Positions 8,902-18,989 of a DNA stretch of 64,000 nt are shown one piece after another. The DNA is from an uncultured Pelagibacteraceae bacterium (lineage in GTDB: Bacteria; Pseudomonadota; Alphaproteobacteria; Pelagibacterales; Pelagibacteraceae). Within the stretch, counting starts at the first letter, position 1. Each line of letters starts with the position of its first letter. The notes beneath the pieces were generated by a model, which was given only the letters and a program-made list of their open reading frames with translations, had not been told where the DNA came from and made no database searches. A program made the translations under genes and the position numbers. The DNA is taken from NCBI GenBank assembly GCA_902570915.1, contig CACGAB010000001.1, positions 60,048 through 124,047 on the forward strand, in the 5' to 3' direction.

Positions 8902-10403
8902 TAAAAAATTCCTCTTTTTAAGTTTCTTTTTAGTTTATTTTTTTTCACTTCTATATTTAAATTATCTAATTGACCTGATTTTAATTTTTTCAAATTTTGG
9001 ACAACTTTTAAAAATCTATCACTCTCTTTTTTAGTCAGTAAATTTTCGGTTAAAGTTAAAAATTTATTTATATAATTTTTTCTTTTAAAGGGTCGTGATC
9101 CGTAAGGATGGGCATCAGCTATATCTTGTTGTTCTGAAATTTTTTTACCATTTTTCAGAGTAATTACTACCTTTGCACCAAAAGCTTTCTTTTTAGGATC
9201 TGGATTATGGTACTTTTTAGTCCATTTTTTATCTTCATGAGTCTTTATGGATCTCCAAATTTTTATTGTGCTTTTTTTCTTAGCCCTGGATTTAGTGTAA
9301 GATTTTATATGGTGCCAGTTTCCATCCTCTAAAGCAACAGCAAAAATATACATTATTGAATGATCTAAAGTTTCTCTACTTGAATTGGGATCCATTTTTT
9401 GTGGGTCATTTGCACCAGTTCCAATTACATGATGAGTATGATGACTTGTATAAATATCAATTTTTCTTATTTGATTTAAATTTTGCACTTTCTTTTTTAA
9501 CTTTTTTGCTAAATCAATTAATGCTTGTGATTGATATTCAGCTGAATATTCTTTTGTATAAGTTTCAAGTATTGCTTTTTTAGTCTCACCTTTTTTTGGA
9601 AGTGGAACTTTATACAATGCTTTTTTTCCATCTAGTATTCTGGCGATCACACTATCTTCTCCCTCGTAGATTGGACTTGGAGCACCTTCTCCCCGCATAA
9701 CTCTATCAACAGCTTCAATTGCTAGTTTACCAGCATGAGCTGGTGCATATGCTTTCCAACTTGAGATTTCTCCTTTTCTAGATTGTCTAGTAGAAATAGT
9801 TGTATGTAAAGCTTGTTGAACAGCCTGATAAATTGTTTCAGTATTTAACCTAAGCATCGACCCTATTCCTGCAGCCACACTAGGTCCTAAATGAGCAATG
9901 TGATCAACTTTGTGTTTATGTAAACATATTCCTTTAACTAAATTAACTTGTACCTCATAAGCTGTAATAATCCCTTTTAGAAGATCTAATCCATTTTTTT
10001 TATTTTGTTGAGCTACACTTATCAATGGAGGAATATTATCTCCAGGATGACTGTAATCTGCTGCTAAAAAAGTATCGTGGAAATCAAGCTCTCTTACAGC
10101 TGTTCCATTTGACCATGCAGCCCACTCACAATCAAATTTTAATTTTTTATTAACACCAAAGAGTGTAGCGCCATTTTTTCTAGAATGTTTTAAAGCCATT
10201 TCTCTAGATGAAACCACAGATTTTCTATTTAGAGATGCAATTGCAACAGACGCATTATCAATTATTCTATTGATAACCATTTCTATGGCATCTTTATTTA
10301 ATTTTGCGTTGTCACTAGCTATTTCAGCAATTTTCCAAGCAAGTTGTTTTTTTTTAGGTAAGTGAATTTTGGATGGATAAACTTTTACTTTATGTAATAT
10401 CAA
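8901..10403 (-). CDS. prpD: 2-methylcitrate dehydratase (MmgE/PrpD)
   Basis: [33 protein letters not shown]; TTG start with AAGGAG SD. Confidence 0.92.
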   Translation of the reverse strand: MILHKVKVYPSKIHLPKKKQLAWKIAEIASDNAKLNKDAIEMVINRIIDNASVAIASLNRKSVVSSREMALKHSRKNGATLFGVNKKLKFDCEWAAWSNGTAVRELDFHDTFLAADYSHPGDNIPPLISVAQQNKKNGLDLLKGIITAYEVQVNLVKGICLHKHKVDHIAHLGPSVAAGIGSMLRLNTETIYQAVQQALHTTISTRQSRKGEISSWKAYAPAHAGKLAIEAVDRVMRGEGAPSPIYEGEDSVIARILDGKKALYKVPLPKKGETKKAILETYTKEYSAEYQSQALIDLAKKLKKKVQNLNQIRKIDIYTSHHTHHVIGTGANDPQKMDPNSSRETLDHSIMYIFAVALEDGNWHHIKSYTKSRAKKKSTIKIWRSIKTHEDKKWTKKYHNPDPKKKAFGAKVVITLKNGKKISEQQDIADAHPYGSRPFKRKNYINKFLTLTENLLTKKESDRFLKVVQNLKKLKSGQLDNLNIEVKKNKLKRNLKRGIF

Positions 10404-10457
10404 AATAACTCCTTATAGTCGGTGTTGTTTGTAATAGTTAAAAAAAAATAATCAATA

Positions 10458-11141
10458 TTAAAGATATTTAGATACTATTTTTTCTATACCCACAAAGTCT
10501 TTTACTAAGTGGTTGTGGTAAATTTCAGTTGTATTTTTTTCAGTATAACCATCTTCCATTAAAATAACTGGAATGCCTGCACTTTTTGCTGCATTAGCAT
10601 CTGTCTCACTATCTCCGATCATTAATGATTTTTTTAAATTTCCATTAAGAATTTCTATTACAGATATTAAGTGTCTTGGGTCAGGTTTGCAATAATCAAA
10701 AGTATTATGCCCCGCCACATATTCAAAAAAATCATAAATTCCAATTTTTTTTAATAAATCGATGGCTAAATGTTCTTGTTTATTTGTACAAACCGCCATT
10801 GAAATACCATTTTTTTTTGACCAAATTAAAAAGTCTTTAACACCGTTTATTAAAGTACTTTCATTGACAATATTTTTTCCGTAATAGTCTACGAAATCCT
10901 TAACCATTTCTTTTTTTATTTTATCATCCTGAACTTTTCCAAATTCTTTTTTTGCCTGGCCCCAAATTGATCTTCCAAGCATCGCACCAGCACCTTGTCC
11001 AACAAGATTTCTAATTTCCTCAGTTGATTTTGTTGGGTAACCAAATTTACTCATGACATGATTGTGCGCACGCATAAGATCTGGTGCTGTATCAACCAAT
11101 GTTCCATCTAAGTCGAAGAGAATTGTAAATTTTTCTTTCAT
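10458..11141 (-). CDS. gph: HAD phosphatase, phosphoglycolate phosphatase type
   Basis: FDLDGTLVDT, CTNK, KPDP, MIGDSETD. Confidence 0.8.
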   Translation of the reverse strand: MKEKFTILFDLDGTLVDTAPDLMRAHNHVMSKFGYPTKSTEEIRNLVGQGAGAMLGRSIWGQAKKEFGKVQDDKIKKEMVKDFVDYYGKNIVNESTLINGVKDFLIWSKKNGISMAVCTNKQEHLAIDLLKKIGIYDFFEYVAGHNTFDYCKPDPRHLISVIEILNGNLKKSLMIGDSETDANAAKSAGIPVILMEDGYTEKNTTEIYHNHLVKDFVGIEKIVSKYL

Positions 11142-11212
11142 AATCAAAAGTATTTTTAAGAAATATTTTGTGAATTAAGAAACATATATACATAATATAA
11201 AGATTTTCATAG

Positions 11213-11830
11213 ATGAAACAGTTAAATTTACAAAAGCAACAGAATATTTTAAGAAATAAATTTTTAAAATCTGGTGTAAAAATGGTAGGCCCAGAAACAA
11301 TTTACTTTTCAAAAGACACTAGGATTGGAAAAAATGTTACTATCGAACCATATGTTGTTTTTGGTGCAAAAGTTAGAATAGGGAATAATGTGACTATAAA
11401 ATCTTTTTCACATTTAGAAGATTGTAAATTAGAAAATAGAGTTGAAGTAGGTCCATATGCTCGAATTAGACCTGGTTCAGTTTTAAAAGAAAATTCAAAA
11501 ATTGGTAATTTTGTTGAAGTTAAAAAAAGCACAATAGGTAAAAAATCTAAGGTAAATCATCTGACTTATATTGGAGATAGTGAAATAGGTAAATTTGTGA
11601 ACATTGGAGCAGGAACGATCACTTGTAATTATGATGGTATTAAAAAACATAGAACCAAAATAAAAGATAAAGTTTTTGTTGGGTCAAATTCATCACTCGT
11701 AGCTCCACTAACTATAGAAGAGAATAGTGTGATTGGTGCCGGATCTGTAATTACAAAAAATGTTAGAAAAAAAAGTTTAGCTTTGACAAGAAGTGTGCAA
11801 ACTGAGATTAAAAATTATAAAAAGAAATAA
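11213..11830 (+). CDS. glmU: Glucosamine-1-phosphate N-acetyltransferase (GlmU C-terminal left-handed beta-helix domain only)
   Basis: GPYARIRP, GNFVEVK, HLTYIGD, NIGAGTITCNYDG; only 205 aa, no N-terminal LAAG-x-G-x-RM uridyltransferase domain; directly upstream of glmS. Confidence 0.85.
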   Translation: MKQLNLQKQQNILRNKFLKSGVKMVGPETIYFSKDTRIGKNVTIEPYVVFGAKVRIGNNVTIKSFSHLEDCKLENRVEVGPYARIRPGSVLKENSKIGNFVEVKKSTIGKKSKVNHLTYIGDSEIGKFVNIGAGTITCNYDGIKKHRTKIKDKVFVGSNSSLVAPLTIEENSVIGAGSVITKNVRKKSLALTRSVQTEIKNYKKK

Positions 11831-11832
11831 TT

Positions 11833-13653
11833 ATGTGTGGAATAATAGGTATCAATAGTAATAAATCAGTCTCAGCTACAATTATAAATTCTTTAAAAAA
11901 ATTAGAATACAGAGGTTATGACTCGGCTGGTATTGCGACTCTTTCTAATGGCTTGATCAATGAAATTAAGTCTAAAGGTAGAGTAGATAATTTAGAAAAA
12001 AATTCTTTGGTACAGAATATGGAGGGAACAATTGGTATTGGTCATGTGAGATGGGCTACTCACGGTTCGCCAAATAGTACAAATGCACACCCTCATTCTT
12101 CTCAAAACGTATCAGTCGTCCACAACGGTATAATTGAAAACTCAACATTATTGAAAAAATTTTTATTAGGCAAAGGCCATAAGTTTAAATCTCAAACAGA
12201 TACTGAGGTAATTGTTCATTTAATAACTGAAAATTTAAAGACAGAAAATATCACTAACTCAATTAAAAAAACTTTAAAAGCTTTGCATGGAAGTTTTGCT
12301 TTAGGAATAATATTTAAAGACAAGCCAGATTTAATTGTTGGTGCAAGAAGAGGCTCTCCATTAGCTGTTGGTTACGGGCCTAATGAAAATTATTTAGGTT
12401 CTGACTCGTATGCACTCAAATCAATGACCAACAAAATAACTTATTTAAATGACGGGGAATTTTGTGTTATTAAAAAAGATCATGTAGAGTTTTTTAGCGA
12501 AGATGGAACTAAAATTAATAAAAAAGTTTTAGAGTTATCAAGTGAAGAAGAAAAATATGATAAAGGTGATTACAAACACTTTATGGCTAAAGAAATTGAA
12601 GAACAACCAACAACGTTAAAAAATGGCATTAAAGAATATATAGACACAGCAAACAATGATATAAATATTTATAATATTCCTTGGAAAAAAAATGAAATTT
12701 CTTCCATTACTTTAATTGGTTGTGGAACTGCTTATCATTCCTGCTTGATGGCAAAGTATTGGTTTGAAGAATTAACCTCATTAGATGTAAACATAGATAT
12801 TGCATCGGAGTTTAGATATAGAAAAAATAGATTCAAAAAAGACTGTTTATATGTTTTTGTTTCACAATCAGGAGAGACTGCTGATACTTATGCGGCGTTA
12901 GATTTGTGTAACAAAAATGGGATGAAAACATGTGCAATTGTCAATGTTATTGAAAGTTCAATAGCAAGAGACTCTAATTTCGTTTTACCAATTCATTGTG
13001 GTGCTGAAATTGGGGTAGCATCTACGAAAGCATTTTTAGGCCAAATTCTCATTTTGTATATTCTAGCATTAAAATTAGGTTTACAAAGATCTGATTTAGA
13101 GAAAAAAATATTTATAGATAAATTAAAAGATTTAAGAAATTTACCAAAATTAGTCGAACAAACTTTATTATTAGATAATAAAATACAAAATGTTTCTAAT
13201 ACCTTTAATGAGGCTAAAGGTTCTATGTTTTTAGGAAGAGGTTTTTCATTTCCTATAGCATTGGAAGGTGCATTAAAATTAAAAGAATTATCCTACATAC
13301 ATGCTGAAGGTTATCCAGCTGGAGAGATGAAACATGGACCTCTAGCTTTGATTGAAGAGGGTATGCCGGTTGTAGTATTGGCGCCTAGAGATAATTATTA
13401 TAAAAAAACAATTTCAAATATGCAGGAAGTAATTGCAAGAGGTGCAAAAGTATTATTAATCACCAACAAAAGCTCTGATGAAATAATTTCTGAAAATATA
13501 TGGGAAACAATAGAGGTTGAAAAGACTAATGATGATTTATTACCTTTTCTTTTAACCATCCCACTTCAAAAACTTGCTTATTATTCAGCATTAAAAAAAG
13601 GTTACGATATAGATAAGCCTAGAAACCTTGCTAAATCAGTAACTGTAGAATAA
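11833..13653 (+). CDS. glmS: Glutamine--fructose-6-phosphate aminotransferase
   Basis: MCGIIG, EYRGYDSAG, GHVRWATHG, SQSGETAD, PRNLAKSVTVE. Confidence 0.97.
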   Translation: MCGIIGINSNKSVSATIINSLKKLEYRGYDSAGIATLSNGLINEIKSKGRVDNLEKNSLVQNMEGTIGIGHVRWATHGSPNSTNAHPHSSQNVSVVHNGIIENSTLLKKFLLGKGHKFKSQTDTEVIVHLITENLKTENITNSIKKTLKALHGSFALGIIFKDKPDLIVGARRGSPLAVGYGPNENYLGSDSYALKSMTNKITYLNDGEFCVIKKDHVEFFSEDGTKINKKVLELSSEEEKYDKGDYKHFMAKEIEEQPTTLKNGIKEYIDTANNDINIYNIPWKKNEISSITLIGCGTAYHSCLMAKYWFEELTSLDVNIDIASEFRYRKNRFKKDCLYVFVSQSGETADTYAALDLCNKNGMKTCAIVNVIESSIARDSNFVLPIHCGAEIGVASTKAFLGQILILYILALKLGLQRSDLEKKIFIDKLKDLRNLPKLVEQTLLLDNKIQNVSNTFNEAKGSMFLGRGFSFPIALEGALKLKELSYIHAEGYPAGEMKHGPLALIEEGMPVVVLAPRDNYYKKTISNMQEVIARGAKVLLITNKSSDEIISENIWETIEVEKTNDDLLPFLLTIPLQKLAYYSALKKGYDIDKPRNLAKSVTVE

Positions 13654-13663
13654 TTTAGAAATT

Positions 13664-14437
13664 ATGATTGCTGATTTTACAAAATTAAAAGATTCTCTAA
13701 AAAAATTTTCAAAAAATAAACCATTTAATTACTGTGTAATTGATAATTTTTTTGATGCTAAGCTTGCAAAAAGGTTAGAGAAAGATTTTCCAAACTATAA
13801 TTCAAAAATTTGGCATGAATATAAAAATCCTTTAGAAGTTAAAAAAACTTGTAATAATTGGAATGTTTTTCCAAAAGATACTTATAAAACCTTCGACTAT
13901 CTTAACTCGATAAGTTTTGTATCAATACTTCAAAAATATATTTTAAAAAAAAAAATTTTTATGGATATTGGTTTGAACGGTGGTGGTTGGCACATTCATA
14001 AAACAGGGGGAAAGCTAAATATGCATTTAGATTATTCAATTCATCCTAAACTTAATCTCCAAAGAAAATTAAATTTGATAATATACTTAAATTCAAAATG
14101 GAAAGAGAAATGGGGAGGCTCATTAGGTTTTTGGGAAAATAAAAGTTCAAAAAATCCTGGTAAACTTATTAAATCTATCGTGCCGAAATTTAATAGGGCT
14201 GTAATTTTTGATACAACTCAAAATAGTTGGCATGGACTTGCAGAACCCGTAAGATGTCCCAAAAACCAATTTAGGAAAAGTTTAGCAATTTATTATTTAA
14301 GTAAAAAACAAAAGAATGCTCAAAAAAGAGGAAAAGCTTTGTTTAGCCCTTTAGAGACTCAAAAAAGGGATAAAAAAGTTTTAAAATTGATAAAATTAAG
14401 ATCATCAGCAAAAACAGCTCAAAAAGTTTATAGATAG
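13664..14437 (+). CDS. 2OG-Fe(II) oxygenase
   Basis: H-x-D (MHLDY), WGG, FNRAVIFDT, SWHG, RKSLAIYY. Confidence 0.85.
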   Translation: MIADFTKLKDSLKKFSKNKPFNYCVIDNFFDAKLAKRLEKDFPNYNSKIWHEYKNPLEVKKTCNNWNVFPKDTYKTFDYLNSISFVSILQKYILKKKIFMDIGLNGGGWHIHKTGGKLNMHLDYSIHPKLNLQRKLNLIIYLNSKWKEKWGGSLGFWENKSSKNPGKLIKSIVPKFNRAVIFDTTQNSWHGLAEPVRCPKNQFRKSLAIYYLSKKQKNAQKRGKALFSPLETQKRDKKVLKLIKLRSSAKTAQKVYR

Positions 14438-14486
14438 GCTGGGATATCTTGCTAAATTAATAACTGTAGATTAATTTTTAATTAAA

Positions 14487-15335
14487 ATGTCGAATTTATT
14501 TTTTTGTGGTGGATTACCAAAATCTGGTACTACCCTTCTTCAAAGGATTTTAGATTTACATCCTGAGGTAAGCTGTAACTCTGAAGACAATTTAGAATTA
14601 TTAGCACAAAATTTTCATGATCTTCATAAAAAATATAATCGTTCGCTTTCATTATTCGCATCAAGAACAGGTACTAAAAAATACAAAGAGGTAGACAGGG
14701 AAGTTTTCATAAAAAATCTTTATTATCTAATAAAAGATATTGCCATAAATAGAAATGATAAAGTTAAACTTATTGGCATAAGTGATAATAATTTTCTATT
14801 AAAAAATTTAGTAAACTTATCAAAAATTTTTCTAAACAGTAAAACAATTATAATTTTTAGAAATCCAATAGATATTGCTTTATCAGCTTGGGATCATAAT
14901 CATCGTTTATTTAAAAAAGAAAAGTTTGATGAGCATTTAAATATCATGAAAGTTAATGGAGAGTTGAATTTAGATAAGTATATTATACATAGGTCTAAAG
15001 TATGGAACAACCAAGTCAAAAATTTATTCCAACAAATTGATAATATGCCTGAAAGGTTTTTAGCAGTTAATTATGAGGATTTATGCGTTAAAAAAGAAGA
15101 AATCATAAAAAAGATATTTAAACACATTGGTTGTAGCTATGAAGAAAAAATTATTACAAAAATTGTAGAGGAATCCTCCATTGAAAAAATGAGAAAAACT
15201 AGCTCAGATCCAGATTTTTTTAAAAAGGGCAGAATGAATTTTGGAAGTAAAGAATTAGACATATCATTAATTAAATCTGCAATTAATTTTTCAAAAGAGG
15301 GTCTAAGTTTGACAAAAATAAAACTACCAATATAA
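14487..15335 (+). CDS. PAPS-dependent sulfotransferase family protein
   Basis: GLPKSGTT 5'-PSB loop, RNPIDIALS 3'-PB motif, YEDL, FFKKG. Confidence 0.85.
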   Translation: MSNLFFCGGLPKSGTTLLQRILDLHPEVSCNSEDNLELLAQNFHDLHKKYNRSLSLFASRTGTKKYKEVDREVFIKNLYYLIKDIAINRNDKVKLIGISDNNFLLKNLVNLSKIFLNSKTIIIFRNPIDIALSAWDHNHRLFKKEKFDEHLNIMKVNGELNLDKYIIHRSKVWNNQVKNLFQQIDNMPERFLAVNYEDLCVKKEEIIKKIFKHIGCSYEEKIITKIVEESSIEKMRKTSSDPDFFKKGRMNFGSKELDISLIKSAINFSKEGLSLTKIKLPI

Positions 15336-15437
15336 AAGCTATATAAAACTAACCAAAAGGTTTATAGATAGTAATGTCAATTTATGTATCTGTATTGATA
15401 ATAAATAAAATATCTGTATAACAATTTAAGGTTGTAT

Positions 15438-16817
15438 ATGAAAAATTGGAAAATTAACAGTTGGAGAAAATTTCCCGTAAAACATATTCCGGAATACTCG
15501 GATAAAAAAGAATTAGAGCAAGTTTTGGGCAAGATAAAAAACTTTCCACCACTTGTCTTTGCTGGCGAAACAAGACACTTAAAACAACAACTTGCCGAAG
15601 TGGTAGACGGCAAAGCTTTTTTACTTCAAGGTGGAGATTGTGCCGAAAGTTTTGCTGAATTTAATCCAGATAATATAAGAGATACTTTTAAATTAATCTT
15701 GCAAATGTCGTTGGTGCTAACTTATTCTGCCTCATTACCAGTTATTAAGTTGGGCAGAATAGCGGGTCAATTTGCGAAACCAAGGAGCGCACCAACAGAG
15801 AGACAAGGGGACACAGAACTTCCAAGTTATTTAGGTGATAATGTTAACGGTATTGAGTTTACCGAAAAAGCAAGACAACATGATCCAAAAAGACTTTTCA
15901 GAGCTTACTCTCAATCTGCATCAACTATAAATTTGTTAAGAGCTTTTTCAAAAGGAGGTTTTGCAGATTTAAATAAAGTTCATTTGTGGAATTTAGACTA
16001 CATTAAAAAAAGTCCACAAGCTAAGAAATTTAAAGATTTAGAGGATAAGATTGCTGATGCTTTAGCATTTATGTCAGCCTGTGGAATTACATCAGATTTT
16101 AATAATAGATTGTATACAGTCAACTTCTGGACATCTCATGAGGCTTTACATTTACCTTTTGAGGAAAGTATGACTAGAATAGACTCCACAACCGGAGAGT
16201 ACCACGATACATCTGCTCACTTTGTTTGGATCGGTGATAGAACAAGACAATTAGATGGAGGACATGTCGAATTTTGTAGAGGTATAGAAAATCCAATAGG
16301 AATTAAATGTGGTCCTACAAGTAAACCAGAAGAAATAGTAAGAATTTGCAATTTGATAAGTCCGAAAAATGAAAAGGGTAAAATTACTTTAATATCTAGA
16401 TTTGGACATGATTCAGTTGAAAAATTTTTACCTAAACTTGTAAGAACAATTAAGAAAGAAGGTTTGAATGTAATATGGTCTTGTGATCCAATGCATGGAA
16501 ATACAATTAAATCTACATCAGGCTTTAAAACTAGACCTTTTAATAGAGTTTTAAAAGAAGTAAGAGATGTATTTGCAGTTCACCAAAGTGAGGGTTCATA
16601 CGCAGGAGGCTTACATATCGAAATGACAGGTCAAAATGTGACAGAATGTACTGGTGGAGCTAGAAAAATTTCTGATGCCGATTTATCCAGTAGATACCAT
16701 ACTCATTGTGACCCTAGGCTTAATGCAGACCAAGCCTTAGAGTTAGCGTTTTTAATATCAGATGAGATTAAAAAGAATAGCAGTTATTCGAAAAATTCCA
16801 TTCAAGTGGCATCTTGA
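15438..16817 (+). CDS. Class II DAHP synthase
   Basis: LQGGDCAESF, GRIAGQFAKPRS, WIGDRTRQ, CDPMHGNT, CDPRLN. Confidence 0.95.
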   Translation: MKNWKINSWRKFPVKHIPEYSDKKELEQVLGKIKNFPPLVFAGETRHLKQQLAEVVDGKAFLLQGGDCAESFAEFNPDNIRDTFKLILQMSLVLTYSASLPVIKLGRIAGQFAKPRSAPTERQGDTELPSYLGDNVNGIEFTEKARQHDPKRLFRAYSQSASTINLLRAFSKGGFADLNKVHLWNLDYIKKSPQAKKFKDLEDKIADALAFMSACGITSDFNNRLYTVNFWTSHEALHLPFEESMTRIDSTTGEYHDTSAHFVWIGDRTRQLDGGHVEFCRGIENPIGIKCGPTSKPEEIVRICNLISPKNEKGKITLISRFGHDSVEKFLPKLVRTIKKEGLNVIWSCDPMHGNTIKSTSGFKTRPFNRVLKEVRDVFAVHQSEGSYAGGLHIEMTGQNVTECTGGARKISDADLSSRYHTHCDPRLNADQALELAFLISDEIKKNSSYSKNSIQVAS

Positions 16818-16856
16818 TCTATTGCTTTAAATTATAAGATTGTTAAATATTAATTC

Positions 16857-17594
16857 ATGAATCCTAAAGAAAAAGTAAAATATATATCAAATTGGATCAA
16901 GTCATACGTTGATCAAATGCCATCTAAAGCTCAAGCTTTGGTTATTGGTATATCAGGAGGAATTGATTCATCTGTATCAAGTACATTAAGCGCAATGACA
17001 GGCTTAAAGACTATTGTTTTGACTATGCCTATAAAACAAATAGAAAATCAACATGATTTGAGTTTAAAACATCAACAATGGTTAGTAAAAAATTTTAAAA
17101 ATGTAGAGGCACATACTATAAGTTTAGATAAATTATTTGAGACATTCTCATCGACATTAAATAAATTTGATGACGAACACGGATTTGCAAATTCAAGAGC
17201 AAGACTGAGAATGACAACTCTTTATCAGGTAGCAGCTGCCAACAAAGGAATAGTTGTTGGAACAGGTAATAAAGTAGAGGATTTTGGAGTTGGATTTTAT
17301 ACAAAATATGGAGATGGAGGTGTTGATATTTCACCAATAGCAGATTGTAACAAAACTGAAGTTTGGGAAATTGGAAGAGAACTTGGAATATTACAAGAGA
17401 TTATCGATGCTGCTCCAACAGATGGTCTTTGGGATGATGGAAGAACTGATGAAGGTCAGTTGGGTTTTGATTATCAAGCTTTAGAAGATGCAATGAAGAA
17501 TCCTAATTCTCCACATAAAGCAGAATACGAAAAAATTCGAAAACAAAATATGCATAAAATGGAGCCTATTCCAGTATGCAAAATTCCTAGTTAA
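16857..17594 (+). CDS. nadE: NH3-dependent NAD+ synthetase
   Basis: GISGGIDS, NSRARLRM, GTGNKVE, GFYTKYGDGG. Confidence 0.94.
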   Translation: MNPKEKVKYISNWIKSYVDQMPSKAQALVIGISGGIDSSVSSTLSAMTGLKTIVLTMPIKQIENQHDLSLKHQQWLVKNFKNVEAHTISLDKLFETFSSTLNKFDDEHGFANSRARLRMTTLYQVAAANKGIVVGTGNKVEDFGVGFYTKYGDGGVDISPIADCNKTEVWEIGRELGILQEIIDAAPTDGLWDDGRTDEGQLGFDYQALEDAMKNPNSPHKAEYEKIRKQNMHKMEPIPVCKIPS

Positions 17595-17645
17595 TCAATT
17601 AGATTAACAAATCATCAAATAAGGTATATTTCTTAATCAAGTGAA

Positions 17646-18989
17646 ATGGATATTTTTTTAACAAACAATTTAACGAATAAAAAAGAGCAATTCATACCGA
17701 TACAAAAAGAAAATATTGGTATGTATGTTTGTGGACCGACAGTTTATGATGATCCACATATTGGGAATGCAAGACCACTAGTTATTTTTGATATTCTTTA
17801 TAAGATTTTAAAAAATAGTTTTTCAAAAGTCACATATGTAAGAAACATCACAGATATTGATGATAAAATTATTTTATCTTCACAAAAACTCAAAATATCA
17901 ACAAAGGAGTTAACTGAAAAAATAACTAAAAGTTTTTTTGAAGACTGTAAATTTTTAAATTGTGAAGATCCCACTCATCAGCCAAAAGCGACAGAGCATA
18001 TAAATCTAATGATTCAAATGATTAACCATTTGATTAAAAAAGGTTATGCTTATGAGAACAATAAACATGTCTATTTTGAAGTAAAAAAATTTTCTGAGTA
18101 TGGAAAATTGTCAAATAAAAAGTTAGAGGATTTAATTGCAGGATCAAGAGTTGAAATAAGTGACAATAAAAGAAACTCTGAGGATTTTGTGTTATGGAAG
18201 CCATCAATTAAAGATGAACCTTCTTGGGACTCTCCTTGGGGACCTGGTAGACCAGGTTGGCATTTAGAATGTTCTGCTATGTCAAAAAAACTTTTAGGTG
18301 ATAAATTTGATATACATGGCGGTGGTATTGATTTAATTTTTCCTCACCACGAAAATGAAATTGCTCAATCTAGATGTGCTAATGATACAGATGTTTTTGC
18401 TAACTTTTGGATCCACAATGCCTTTATAACAATGTCGAATGAAAAAATGGCTAAGTCTCAAGGTAATATTTTAAAAATAAAAGATTTTAGAAAAAAAATG
18501 AGTGGTCAAATAATCAGGTTAGCACTGATGAGTGCACATTACAGACAACCCTTAGATTGGAACGATAAATTATTAATTGATTGTGAAAATACTTTAGATA
18601 AGTGGTATCGAATAAAATTAGATAATTTCAAAACTGTAAAAATCCCTGATGAAATATTGAAACCTTTATATGAAGATTTAAATACTCCAGGTTATATTGC
18701 TAATCTTCATGGTTTGTATGAAAAAGCAATTAAAGGTGATAACAAAGATTTATTTATTTCAGCATGCAGATTTATTGGTTTACTAAATGAAACAAGTGAG
18801 CAGTGGCATAACTATAAAAAAAATAGAGTTTCATTAAGTGAGCCTGAAATTGAAAAAATGTTAAACTTAAGAGATAAAGCTAGAGAAAATAAGGATTATA
18901 AAGAGGCTGATCGAATTAGAGATGAACTTTCAGACAAAGGTGTTTTAATAGAGGACAAAAATGGTAGAACACTGTGGAAATTTAAATGA
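17646..18989 (+). CDS. cysS: Cysteine--tRNA ligase
   Basis: YVCGPTVY, HIGN, GRPGWHLECS, FPHHENE, KMAKS. Confidence 0.96.
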   Translation: MDIFLTNNLTNKKEQFIPIQKENIGMYVCGPTVYDDPHIGNARPLVIFDILYKILKNSFSKVTYVRNITDIDDKIILSSQKLKISTKELTEKITKSFFEDCKFLNCEDPTHQPKATEHINLMIQMINHLIKKGYAYENNKHVYFEVKKFSEYGKLSNKKLEDLIAGSRVEISDNKRNSEDFVLWKPSIKDEPSWDSPWGPGRPGWHLECSAMSKKLLGDKFDIHGGGIDLIFPHHENEIAQSRCANDTDVFANFWIHNAFITMSNEKMAKSQGNILKIKDFRKKMSGQIIRLALMSAHYRQPLDWNDKLLIDCENTLDKWYRIKLDNFKTVKIPDEILKPLYEDLNTPGYIANLHGLYEKAIKGDNKDLFISACRFIGLLNETSEQWHNYKKNRVSLSEPEIEKMLNLRDKARENKDYKEADRIRDELSDKGVLIEDKNGRTLWKFK

